Positions 24,996 to 33,088 of a stretch of 64,000 bases of DNA are shown piece by piece. This stretch comes from an uncultured Ruminococcus sp. (GTDB lineage Bacteria > Bacillota > Clostridia > Oscillospirales > Ruminococcaceae). The notes under the pieces were generated by a model. The model did not search any database, was not told the origin of the DNA, and saw only the letters and a list, made by a program, of their open reading frames with translations. Made by a program: the position numbers and the translations under genes. The first letter of the stretch is position 1. Every line of letters begins with the position of its first letter. Where the stretch lies: NCBI GenBank assembly GCA_947169885.1, contig CAMVRM010000005.1, positions 26,327-90,326 on the forward strand. Reading direction: 5' to 3'.

Positions 24996-25946
24996 TTGGA
25001 AGAAAACAATATCGCAGTCTACCTGTTTCTGGGATTTCTTGAAGCAGGAAAAACTCAGTTCATACAAAAGACTATCTGCGAGGGCAGTTTCAACAACGGT
25101 CAGCGGACGGTGCTGATCGTCTGTGAAGAAGGTATCGAGGAATACGATGAAGAAGCGCTCGCAAAGGCTAACTGCGTTGTCCGCACTATCGAGGATAAGT
25201 CGGAGATGACTTCCGATAATCTTGAAAAATTCCTTGTTGAGACAGGCGCAGACAGAGTTGTTATCGAGTATAACGGTATGTGGCTGGTAAACGAGCTGTT
25301 TGAAGCGCTTCCCGATGACTGGATGATCTATCAGATACTGAATTTTGTCGATGCGACAACTTTCCTCAACTACAATCAGAATATGCGCAGTCTTGTTGTC
25401 GACAAGCTTAATATGTGCGAACTGGTAGTTTTCAACCGTGTGGACAAGAACACTATGGACACAATGGAGTTCCACAAGATAGTCCGTGGTGTGAGCAGGC
25501 GCACTCAGATAGCATATGAATACACTGACGGAACGGGCGGATATGACGACATCGAAGACCCTCTGCCGTTTGATGTTGAAGCTGACCATATCTATGTTGA
25601 GGATCGTGACTATGCGCTCTGGTACAGGGACATCGGCGAAGAACCGAAGAAGTATGACGGCAAACTCATAACCCTTAAAGCGGCGGCGCTGGGCAATCCA
25701 AAGTTCCCGAAAGGCGTTATCGCTCTCGGACGGCAGATAATGACCTGCTGTGTTGAGGATATTCAGTTCTGCTGGTACGTGACACTTTGCGACCAGCCCA
25801 TGACCGATCAGCCCCAGTGGTTCAACGCAACTTTCGAGGTGGCGTACAAGTGGCACAAGATGTACCGCAAGAAAGGTCCTGTGCTGACCGTCAAGAGCCT
25901 TGAACCCTGTGAACCGCCCGAACAGCAAGTCGCAACATTCTACTAA
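24996..25946 (+). CDS. CobW-like GTP-binding protein paralogue lacking the CxCC motif
   Basis: TTG start 7 nt after AGGAGTGG. P-loop 'GFLEAGKTQFI'. No CxCC motif at the equivalent position. Confidence 0.7.
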   Translation: MEENNIAVYLFLGFLEAGKTQFIQKTICEGSFNNGQRTVLIVCEEGIEEYDEEALAKANCVVRTIEDKSEMTSDNLEKFLVETGADRVVIEYNGMWLVNELFEALPDDWMIYQILNFVDATTFLNYNQNMRSLVVDKLNMCELVVFNRVDKNTMDTMEFHKIVRGVSRRTQIAYEYTDGTGGYDDIEDPLPFDVEADHIYVEDRDYALWYRDIGEEPKKYDGKLITLKAAALGNPKFPKGVIALGRQIMTCCVEDIQFCWYVTLCDQPMTDQPQWFNATFEVAYKWHKMYRKKGPVLTVKSLEPCEPPEQQVATFY

Positions 25947-25952
25947 AAAACA

Positions 25953-25990
25953 AAGAGTAAGAAAACATTTGTTCTCTTACTCTTTTTTAA
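25953..25990. terminator. bidirectional terminator between convergent genes
   Basis: AAGAGTAAGAAAAC-attt-GTTCTCTTACTCTT, flanked by A6 and T4. Confidence 0.7.
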
Positions 25991-25993
25991 TTC

Positions 25994-26869
25994 TCATTTT
26001 CCTGCGGATTTGGCGGATTTGAAAGCGGTTGCGGCGTTGGGATAATCAAGCGCATCGACCACATCAGCCGTGACTTTTATCCCGAAGCCCTCGCCCACAA
26101 GCTCCATATTGTTTATCTCGATGTTGCATTCCTGCATATCGCCCTCATCATTCATCATAAATCCCTCGTAAATAGTGTTCGCAAAATTCCAGTCATACGG
26201 CAGGATTATATGATCGTAGATCGGGCAAACATCACCCTCGGAAAGTTTTTTGCTGAATATTACCGTTCGTGTGAAAGGATGTTCCTCGTTTTTCAGCACC
26301 ACAAGGTCATCTGTATCGAAGCCGACTTCCAGTTCGCCCGAATCTGTCAGCTTTGAGATGTTATCCTCGGAACATGGCGTTGTAAACTCAACATCATCAC
26401 CAAATGAACGGCAGAAGCTGTTCAGCACAAGTTCGCCCTTTGCGGCAAGCTGGTTGTAATCATTCGTTGCCCAGCAGATGCCCTCATGAAACGCACGGTA
26501 GCTTGAAATTTCGGGGTCAGCCATATCTTCGAGCGCCTTTTTCTCGTCAAGCTTTTCCTGAAGCTTATCGTCAAGAGGTGTGCCGTCACTGTCGAGAAGC
26601 TGGATATTATAGCGCAGATAGCCCTCGCCCTGAGTGATCTTTACTGCACGTTCGCACTTGACAGGCGTTCCTGCGACCACCGAATCGAGCGAGTCCTGTT
26701 CTCCGCTGACATACTCCGCCTTAACGGGAACGGGAGCGGCGGCAGGCTCGGCATCAGTGTTCTTGTTGAGGTAGACCTTTGCACCGTAAGCGCCTGCCGA
26801 CAGCAGAAGAAGCCCGACTGTCAGGCACGTCCTCACGATACTGCTCGTACCTGTTTTATCTTTACTCAT
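25994..26869 (-). CDS. hypothetical secreted/membrane-anchored protein
   Basis: 291-aa ORF with N-terminal signal anchor 'CLTVGLLLLSAGAYGA'. No family recognised. Confidence 0.6.
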   Translation of the reverse strand: MSKDKTGTSSIVRTCLTVGLLLLSAGAYGAKVYLNKNTDAEPAAAPVPVKAEYVSGEQDSLDSVVAGTPVKCERAVKITQGEGYLRYNIQLLDSDGTPLDDKLQEKLDEKKALEDMADPEISSYRAFHEGICWATNDYNQLAAKGELVLNSFCRSFGDDVEFTTPCSEDNISKLTDSGELEVGFDTDDLVVLKNEEHPFTRTVIFSKKLSEGDVCPIYDHIILPYDWNFANTIYEGFMMNDEGDMQECNIEINNMELVGEGFGIKVTADVVDALDYPNAATAFKSAKSAGK

Positions 26870-26987
26870 TTATACACGTCCTTTTTTGAACTGTTTATCT
26901 CTTTCGACTTATATATTATAGCAAATTTTCACAAGTTTGTCAATGAAATCTTGGTGAAAATCGCATACATATAACAAAAGCGCCAAA

Positions 26988-27037
26988 TTAAGCCTTTTTT
27001 AAGCTTTTTTTAAGACTGCATTTAAGTGTTTTTTAAG
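26988..27037 (+). promoter_or_regulatory. five helically phased T-tract/TTAAG repeats upstream of the ABC-permease-HK operon
   Basis: TTAAG at 26988, 26999, 27010, 27022 and 27033 (spacing 11, 11, 12, 11), each preceded by a T-run. Confidence 0.6.
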
Positions 27038-27086
27038 ACTTCCCTGCTATACTTATATCAGACAAAACAACAAGGAGGATCAACAA

Positions 27087-27995
27087 ATGAACGAGATAAT
27101 TCTTTCCACCAAACAGCTCACTAAACAGTACGGCAGTTTCACCGCACTAAACGAAGCTGATTTTTCTGTCTGCCGTGGTGACATCTGCGGACTTATCGGA
27201 CGAAACGGCGCAGGCAAGACAACTCTCATGAAGCTGGTAACGGGGCTTACCGAACCTACTTCGGGAAGCTATCAGCTTTTCGGCAAGGACAGTACCAACA
27301 GCTTTCTGAAACGGCGCATCGGCTGTCTTATCGAGAATCCTGCTTTTTTCGGCAGTATGACGGCGTTCCAGAACCTTAAATTCTACTGCCTGCAAAAAGG
27401 CATTACCGACATGAAAAAGATAGACGAAGTTCTTGAACTGGTCAGCCTGACAGACGCACGGAACAAAAAATTTAAGACTTTCTCTCTCGGCATGAAACAG
27501 CGGCTTGGCATCGCCTTTGCAATGCTCGATGACCCCGACATCGTTATTCTTGACGAACCGATAAACGGTCTTGACCCGATAGGCATCGCAGAATTGCGTG
27601 ACACGTTCCGGACGCTAAACCGTGAGCGTGGCATGACATTTATCATTTCAAGCCATATCCTCTCGGAGCTTTACGCCGTTGCCGATCATTTCGTGTTCAT
27701 CGAGAAAGGCAGGCTTATAAAGAGCGTTACAAAGCAGGAACTTGACCTTGAATGCAGCCGCTGTATCGTTGTCAAGTGCGGTGATGTTAAGCACGCTTCA
27801 ACAGTTATCGACAGCCTCGGCATCACGAATTACAAAGTCATCGACAAGTCGGAACTGCGCATCTATGAGGAAGGCGTGAGCGCCAAAGAACTGAACAAAC
27901 AGCTTGTGACAAACGGCGTTGAAGTCGAAGGGCTGACAGAATCGGGCGTTTCGCTCGAAGATTACTTCAAACAGCTTGTGAGCGAGAACAACTGA
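27087..27995 (+). CDS. ABC transporter ATP-binding protein (lantibiotic/bacitracin-immunity type)
   Basis: Walker A 'GRNGAGKTT', signature 'LSLGMKQR', Walker B 'IVILDEPINGLD'. AAGGAGG RBS. Confidence 0.9.
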   Translation: MNEIILSTKQLTKQYGSFTALNEADFSVCRGDICGLIGRNGAGKTTLMKLVTGLTEPTSGSYQLFGKDSTNSFLKRRIGCLIENPAFFGSMTAFQNLKFYCLQKGITDMKKIDEVLELVSLTDARNKKFKTFSLGMKQRLGIAFAMLDDPDIVILDEPINGLDPIGIAELRDTFRTLNRERGMTFIISSHILSELYAVADHFVFIEKGRLIKSVTKQELDLECSRCIVVKCGDVKHASTVIDSLGITNYKVIDKSELRIYEEGVSAKELNKQLVTNGVEVEGLTESGVSLEDYFKQLVSENN

Positions 27996-28008
27996 AAGGA
28001 GCATCGGC

Positions 28009-28770
28009 ATGATAAATATGATAAAAGCGGAACTTTACCGCATGACTAAAACAAAAGGTTTTTATCTCTTTTGGGGAGTTATGCTTATTTCCTATCTGAT
28101 AACTATAATTTACAAACAGGAAGGCGGCATATCACTGGGCGCACCCATAGTAACAGATAATTCGTTAAAAATGGACGTTCGCATGGTAAGCTGGAATTTC
28201 ACCTACTATTACCTGTTCATAATCCCCGTGTTCACCACCGTATGCTCGGAGTTCTCGAACCACACCTACAAAAACACCATAAGTTCGGCAATAAGCCGCA
28301 AAACATATTACTTCTCGAAATATTTCTTTATCCTTGTTTACACGCTTTTAAGCTTTTCATTGCTGAACTTTGCTTTTTATGCCGCAAACAGACTTGTCAA
28401 CGGCTCTGAGTATTCATCATCGCTCGGACGTTTTGCAAAATCGGTCGCAGTCCAGCTTCCTGTTATGGCGGCGATCATTTCGCTGTTCATCTTCATAGCA
28501 TTTGCGGTGAAAAAGGGCGCAGTGTTCAACTCCGTAACGATAATCTCACCGATACTTTACACCACGCTTGGACTCGTACTGTATGGCATAAAGGATACAA
28601 AAGCCTTCGCCGAAAAAATGCTCACCTGTGAGATCAGCACCATTATCATGAGAGTTGCAAAAGAAACATCAGGCAGTTTTACGGCAAAGTGCATGGCAGG
28701 AAGTGCGCTGGTGATCATTCTGAGTGCGCTGTTCGGATATGTGATATTCACCAAAAGAGAGATAGATTAA
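28009..28770 (+). CDS. ABC-2 family permease
   Basis: Six-TM-type hydrophobic protein immediately after the ATPase gene. Confidence 0.7.
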   Translation: MINMIKAELYRMTKTKGFYLFWGVMLISYLITIIYKQEGGISLGAPIVTDNSLKMDVRMVSWNFTYYYLFIIPVFTTVCSEFSNHTYKNTISSAISRKTYYFSKYFFILVYTLLSFSLLNFAFYAANRLVNGSEYSSSLGRFAKSVAVQLPVMAAIISLFIFIAFAVKKGAVFNSVTIISPILYTTLGLVLYGIKDTKAFAEKMLTCEISTIIMRVAKETSGSFTAKCMAGSALVIILSALFGYVIFTKREID

Positions 28771-28831
28771 CAAACCGTAAGGGCGATGACAGGTTCGCCC
28801 TTTTTGGCGTTATCGGAAAGGATTTGAAACT

Positions 28832-29707
28832 ATGGCAGCAGCCTTGACAATAATGACCGTTTCAGCGCTTGTTCTGCTTGCGATCTGCATCGTGCAGAGA
28901 AAAGAGATAAACAGCATCGCCCGTCAGCTGAAACAGCTAAAAAGCATCGAAACGAACGCTCTTGTGCGTTCTTCGAGCGGCACTGCGGACAGGCTTATAA
29001 ACGAGATAAACGCTCTGCTTATCGAGATAAGGCAGTCTCAGGTCGATTACAACCGCCGAAATCACGAGCTTGAACAGATGATGACGAACATCTCCCACGA
29101 TCTGCGCACTCCCCTCACTTCAGCCATGGGCTACATCGGCATGGTGCGTACTTCCGACATACCGGAGCAGGAAAAACAGCGTGAACTGGAAATAATCGAG
29201 CGGCGGCTGGTGCGGCTGGAAGAACTGATAAACTCATTCTTCGAGTTCTCAAAGATGATCTCACGGGGCGAACCGCCCGAGTTGGAAGAACTTGACCCGA
29301 CTGCCGTTCTGGAAGAAGCCTCCGTGCATTACTTCGATGATTACTGCGCACGAAACAGAAGCATATCGCTCGACACTCCACGCAAGCGAATCAAATATCG
29401 TTCAAACCGAACTATGCTTATGCGAATATTCGACAACCTCATCGGCAATGCTCTCAAACACGGCAAAGGTGATCTGCACATAACGCTCACCGAGGGCGAA
29501 CGTCTGACGTTCATATTCGAGAACAGCACCGATGAACACATCGACACCGAACGCATATTTGAGGAGTTCTACACCACCGACATCTCACGAACCAAAGGCA
29601 ATTCGGGACTTGGACTTGCTATCGCAAAGCAGTTTACGGAACTTCTGGGCGGAAGTATCTCCGCTGAATTTGAGGACGAAGTTTTCAGGATAATACTTGT
29701 TCTGTAA
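28832..29707 (+). CDS. sensor histidine kinase (single N-terminal TM, no adjacent response regulator)
   Basis: H-box 'ISHDLRTPLTS', N-box 'DNLIGNALKHG', G-box 'GLGLAIAK'. Only one TM helix precedes the DHp domain. Confidence 0.85.
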   Translation: MAAALTIMTVSALVLLAICIVQRKEINSIARQLKQLKSIETNALVRSSSGTADRLINEINALLIEIRQSQVDYNRRNHELEQMMTNISHDLRTPLTSAMGYIGMVRTSDIPEQEKQRELEIIERRLVRLEELINSFFEFSKMISRGEPPELEELDPTAVLEEASVHYFDDYCARNRSISLDTPRKRIKYRSNRTMLMRIFDNLIGNALKHGKGDLHITLTEGERLTFIFENSTDEHIDTERIFEEFYTTDISRTKGNSGLGLAIAKQFTELLGGSISAEFEDEVFRIILVL

Positions 29708-29727
29708 TAACTTAATAGCACAAAAAA

Positions 29728-29770
29728 ATGGACAGACGTTCTCACGCAAAGAACATCTGTCCATATTTTT
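29728..29770 (+). terminator. intrinsic terminator after the histidine kinase gene
   Basis: ATGGACAGACGTTC ... GAACATCTGTCCAT followed by ATTTTT. Confidence 0.7.
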
Positions 29771-29772
29771 AC

Positions 29773-30360
29773 TCAGTTAAGTGAAGCATCCTCGATTATC
29801 TCACGAAGCTGTTCCACGCCCTCACCCGTCACAGACGAGAACGGCACAACGGTTATGTCATCAAAGCAGGGTATCTCCTTTGTGAACGCCGCCATGCGTT
29901 CCTCACGCTCACGCTTGTTCAGCTTGTCAGCTTTTGTCAGCACGATTATGAACGGAAGTTCGTTGTCGATAAGGTAGTTTATCATTTGCAGGTCGTCACG
30001 GCTGGGTGCGTGTCGCATATCAACCAGCTGCACCACCAGTTCAAGCTGACGGCTGCCGTCCGCAAGATAACCGCCGATAAGGTCGCTCCAGCCGCTTTTC
30101 TCGCCCTTTGAGACTTTGGCATAACCGTAACCCGGGAGGTCGGCAAGGTGGATCTCCCCTACCGAGAAGAAATTTATCGTCACCGTTTTTCCGGGGACGG
30201 AACTCACTCTTGCGAGCGCCTTGCGGTTGAGGAGCTTGTTTATTAGCGTTGATTTTCCAACGTTTGAGCGTCCTGAAAAACAGACCTCGGGTCGGTCGGA
30301 CTCGGGCATCTGGGACAGCTTTCCGAATGATGTTACGAATTTTGCGTTGTTCCAGTTCAT
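29773..30360 (-). CDS. engB: ribosome-biogenesis GTPase YsxC/EngB
   Basis: 'GRSNVGKSTLINKL', 'DLPGYGYA', 'TKADK'. Located directly downstream of lon, as in B. subtilis. Confidence 0.9.
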   Translation of the reverse strand: MNWNNAKFVTSFGKLSQMPESDRPEVCFSGRSNVGKSTLINKLLNRKALARVSSVPGKTVTINFFSVGEIHLADLPGYGYAKVSKGEKSGWSDLIGGYLADGSRQLELVVQLVDMRHAPSRDDLQMINYLIDNELPFIIVLTKADKLNKREREERMAAFTKEIPCFDDITVVPFSSVTGEGVEQLREIIEDASLN

Positions 30361-30373
30361 CGCTTCACCGCCT

Positions 30374-32878
30374 TTAACCTACGGTAACTTCGGGCGGCTG
30401 CTCCTGTTCTGCGGGCGCAGACTTGGGCTTTCTGCCACGCTTTTTCGGCGCAGGCTTGGGCGCAGCGGAGGTCTTTTTCTTCTTGTCGGTGATAAGAGTG
30501 GTTTTCAGCACTTCTTCGATGTCCGAAACAGGGATTATTTCAAGGGCATTCTTCACCACTTCGTCTATCTCGTCAAGGTCGGGAATGTTGCCCTTGGGGA
30601 TTATGAGCGTTTTCATGCCTGCCTTATAAGCCGCCATGGATTTTTCCTTCAAGCCGCCTATCGGGAGAACATTTCCCATGAGTGAGATCTCGCCCGTCAT
30701 CGCAACGTCAGAACGTGCGGCATAGCCCGACAGCGCCGAGATGAGCGCCGTTGTCATGGTAACGCCTGCGGACGGACCGTCCTTTGGAACAGCACCCTCG
30801 GGAGCATGGATATGCAGGTCGACTTTATCATAGAAATCCGCAGCAATATCGTACTTCTTCGCAAGTCCTCTCGCAAGAGTTATGGCTATTTTAAGGCTCT
30901 CTTTCATAACATCGCCCAGCGAACCTGTGAATACAGTCCTGCTCTTTCCCGGGAGAACTGCGCACTCGATAGGCATGATAACGCCGCCCACCGATGTCCA
31001 CGCAAGACCGTTCACACAGCCGACAGTCGGCTTCTTGATATAAAGTTCCTCACCGTTCTTGCGGCTGCCTAAAAATTCAGTTATGTTCGAGGACTTGATG
31101 CTGACTTTTTTCTCGCCCGAAACGAGCTTCTTTGCGCTCTTTCTGCAAAGAGAAGCGATAGCACGTTCAAGCTTTCTCACGCCTGCCTCACGGGTGTAAT
31201 CGTCAATGAGCGAATAGATCGCCGAGTCGTTTATTTTCAGCTGTGATGCCTTTATGCCGTATTTTTTCAGCTGCTTCGGAACAAGGTGTTCCTTTGCGAT
31301 GTGGAATTTTTCCTCACGGGTGTAGCTGTTGAGTTCAATGACCTCCATTCTGTCGAGCAGAGGGGGCTGAACTGTGTTGAGAGAGTTCGCAGTCGTGATG
31401 AACAGAACGTCCGACAGGTCAAACGGCACTTCGGTGTAGTGATCTCTGAACTTGAAGTGCTGTTCCGAATCAAGCACTTCGAGCATTGCGGAGGACGGGT
31501 CGCCACGGTAATCGTTGGACATCTTGTCTATCTCGTCCAGCAGCATAACGGGGTTCTTCACGCCGACTTCCCTGAGTGCCTGAACGATGCGTCCCGGCAT
31601 TGCGCCCACATAAGTTTTCCTGTGACCTCTTATGTCGCTTTCGTCACGAACGCCGCCCAGCGACACACGAACATACTTTCTGCCGAGTGCCCTTGCAACA
31701 GACTTTGCGATGCTGGTCTTGCCCACTCCCGGAGGACCGTAAAGGCAGATTATCTGTCCCTTGACCTCGGGCGTAAGCTGTCTTACTGCGATATTTTCGA
31801 GTATACGCTCCTTGACCTTTTGCAGACCGTAGTGATCTTCGTTAAGTATCTTCTCGGCAAGTTCTGTGTCGGCAGTTTCTTCCGTCTTTTCGTCCCAAGG
31901 CAGAGAAAGGACCGTTTCGAGATAGCTTCTGATCGTTGCCGCTTCCTGAGAATAAGCAGGAGTTTTTTCGTAGCGCTCGATCTCCTCGTCTATCTTCTTG
32001 AACGCTTCCTCGGGGATATTCTTGAAGCTTTCGAGCTTCTCCCTGAACGAGTTTGCTTCGGAGATGTCGCCGCCGCTGCCGTTTTCGCCCAGCTCGTCCT
32101 GCAATGCGGCTATCTGTTCTCTTATGTAAAAATCACGCTGATTGCGTGTGATAGCCTCCTGCACCTGAACGTGGATATGATCTTCCAGTTCGTTTATGGT
32201 TATCTCATACATAAGAAACTCAGCGATGAGCGACAAACGCTTAGTGACTGTATCGGCGCAGAGCAGCTGCTGTTCCTTTTCGACTGTGAACGGCGATGAT
32301 TCAAGGATAGTATCTATCATCATGTTCGGGTCACTCATAGCTCCGATAGCAGGCAGACTGTCGGGATTTCTGTTAGAAGCAACAAAGTTATCATAAAGCT
32401 CTCTTACCTCTCTCATGAGGGCTTCGAGTTCGTTTTTGTCCTCATTTTCGGACAGAACAGGCTGCATACGCTTTATCTCTGCGGTAAAACCTCTGCCGCT
32501 TGCCGAAAAACCGACCATTTCAGCCCTTGCGATGCCCCTGACCGAGCAGCGGTAAACTCCGCCTGCTGCGCTCACTATCTGGTCAACGAAAGCAATAGTT
32601 CCAACGTTATAAACGCTGTCCATCGAGGGGTCGTCCTCAAAGCTGTCCTTTTGTGCAGTGATGAAAATGATATTATCGGCAGTAAGTGCTTTTTTTGCGG
32701 AGAAGATGCTCTTTTTGCGTATCATCTCAAATGTGCGTGACATATTCGGGAACAGCACAAAGCCCCTTGCAGGCACGCATGGCAGCTTTATGGTTTCGAG
32801 TTCGGCAGGCTCTCCGCCTGCTTCGTCAACGCCGCTGAACAGCACATCGAGAATATCAGGATCTTTTCTTTTTTTCAT
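30374..32878 (-). CDS. lon: ATP-dependent Lon protease (LonA type) with basic C-terminal tail
   Basis: LON N-domain, AAA+ 'GPPGVGKTS', protease 'PKDGPSAGVTM'. ATG at 32878 has an AAAGGAG RBS. Confidence 0.95.
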   Translation of the reverse strand: MKKRKDPDILDVLFSGVDEAGGEPAELETIKLPCVPARGFVLFPNMSRTFEMIRKKSIFSAKKALTADNIIFITAQKDSFEDDPSMDSVYNVGTIAFVDQIVSAAGGVYRCSVRGIARAEMVGFSASGRGFTAEIKRMQPVLSENEDKNELEALMREVRELYDNFVASNRNPDSLPAIGAMSDPNMMIDTILESSPFTVEKEQQLLCADTVTKRLSLIAEFLMYEITINELEDHIHVQVQEAITRNQRDFYIREQIAALQDELGENGSGGDISEANSFREKLESFKNIPEEAFKKIDEEIERYEKTPAYSQEAATIRSYLETVLSLPWDEKTEETADTELAEKILNEDHYGLQKVKERILENIAVRQLTPEVKGQIICLYGPPGVGKTSIAKSVARALGRKYVRVSLGGVRDESDIRGHRKTYVGAMPGRIVQALREVGVKNPVMLLDEIDKMSNDYRGDPSSAMLEVLDSEQHFKFRDHYTEVPFDLSDVLFITTANSLNTVQPPLLDRMEVIELNSYTREEKFHIAKEHLVPKQLKKYGIKASQLKINDSAIYSLIDDYTREAGVRKLERAIASLCRKSAKKLVSGEKKVSIKSSNITEFLGSRKNGEELYIKKPTVGCVNGLAWTSVGGVIMPIECAVLPGKSRTVFTGSLGDVMKESLKIAITLARGLAKKYDIAADFYDKVDLHIHAPEGAVPKDGPSAGVTMTTALISALSGYAARSDVAMTGEISLMGNVLPIGGLKEKSMAAYKAGMKTLIIPKGNIPDLDEIDEVVKNALEIIPVSDIEEVLKTTLITDKKKKTSAAPKPAPKKRGRKPKSAPAEQEQPPEVTVG

Positions 32879-33088
32879 ATGAGCTCCTTTTTGCATTAAG
32901 TATTTTGCCGCCATACATTTGACGGCATATGAAAATCTCTGTCAACTGTTATACTATATATCATACCACATTATGACGAAAAAATCAAGTGCCTTTTTTA
33001 ACCTATGCGCATTTTGGGAGTATTTTTTAAAAAAAGTGTTCTTCCGCACTCATGGCACAGAAGAACACCCTTTAGAACCTGTAAAAGC

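Noticed and set aside
23739-25928. A 729-codon ORF on the minus strand spans both CobW genes and the spacer between them.
   Set aside because: It is the codon-aligned antisense frame of three same-phase plus-strand genes. Stops in that frame would need sense TTA, CTA or TCA codons, which these genes largely avoid. Its translation is the mirror image of the His-rich tract (MVMVV/IVV runs). It has no RBS and no recognisable family, whereas the sense strand encodes clear COG0523 proteins. I treat it as a shadow ORF.
33073-33082. TAGAACCTGT, next to the oppA-like stop codon, might be a sixth palindromic-element copy.
   Set aside because: Only 10 nt match and there is no second arm. It could be a decayed remnant or chance, so it is not counted as a copy.
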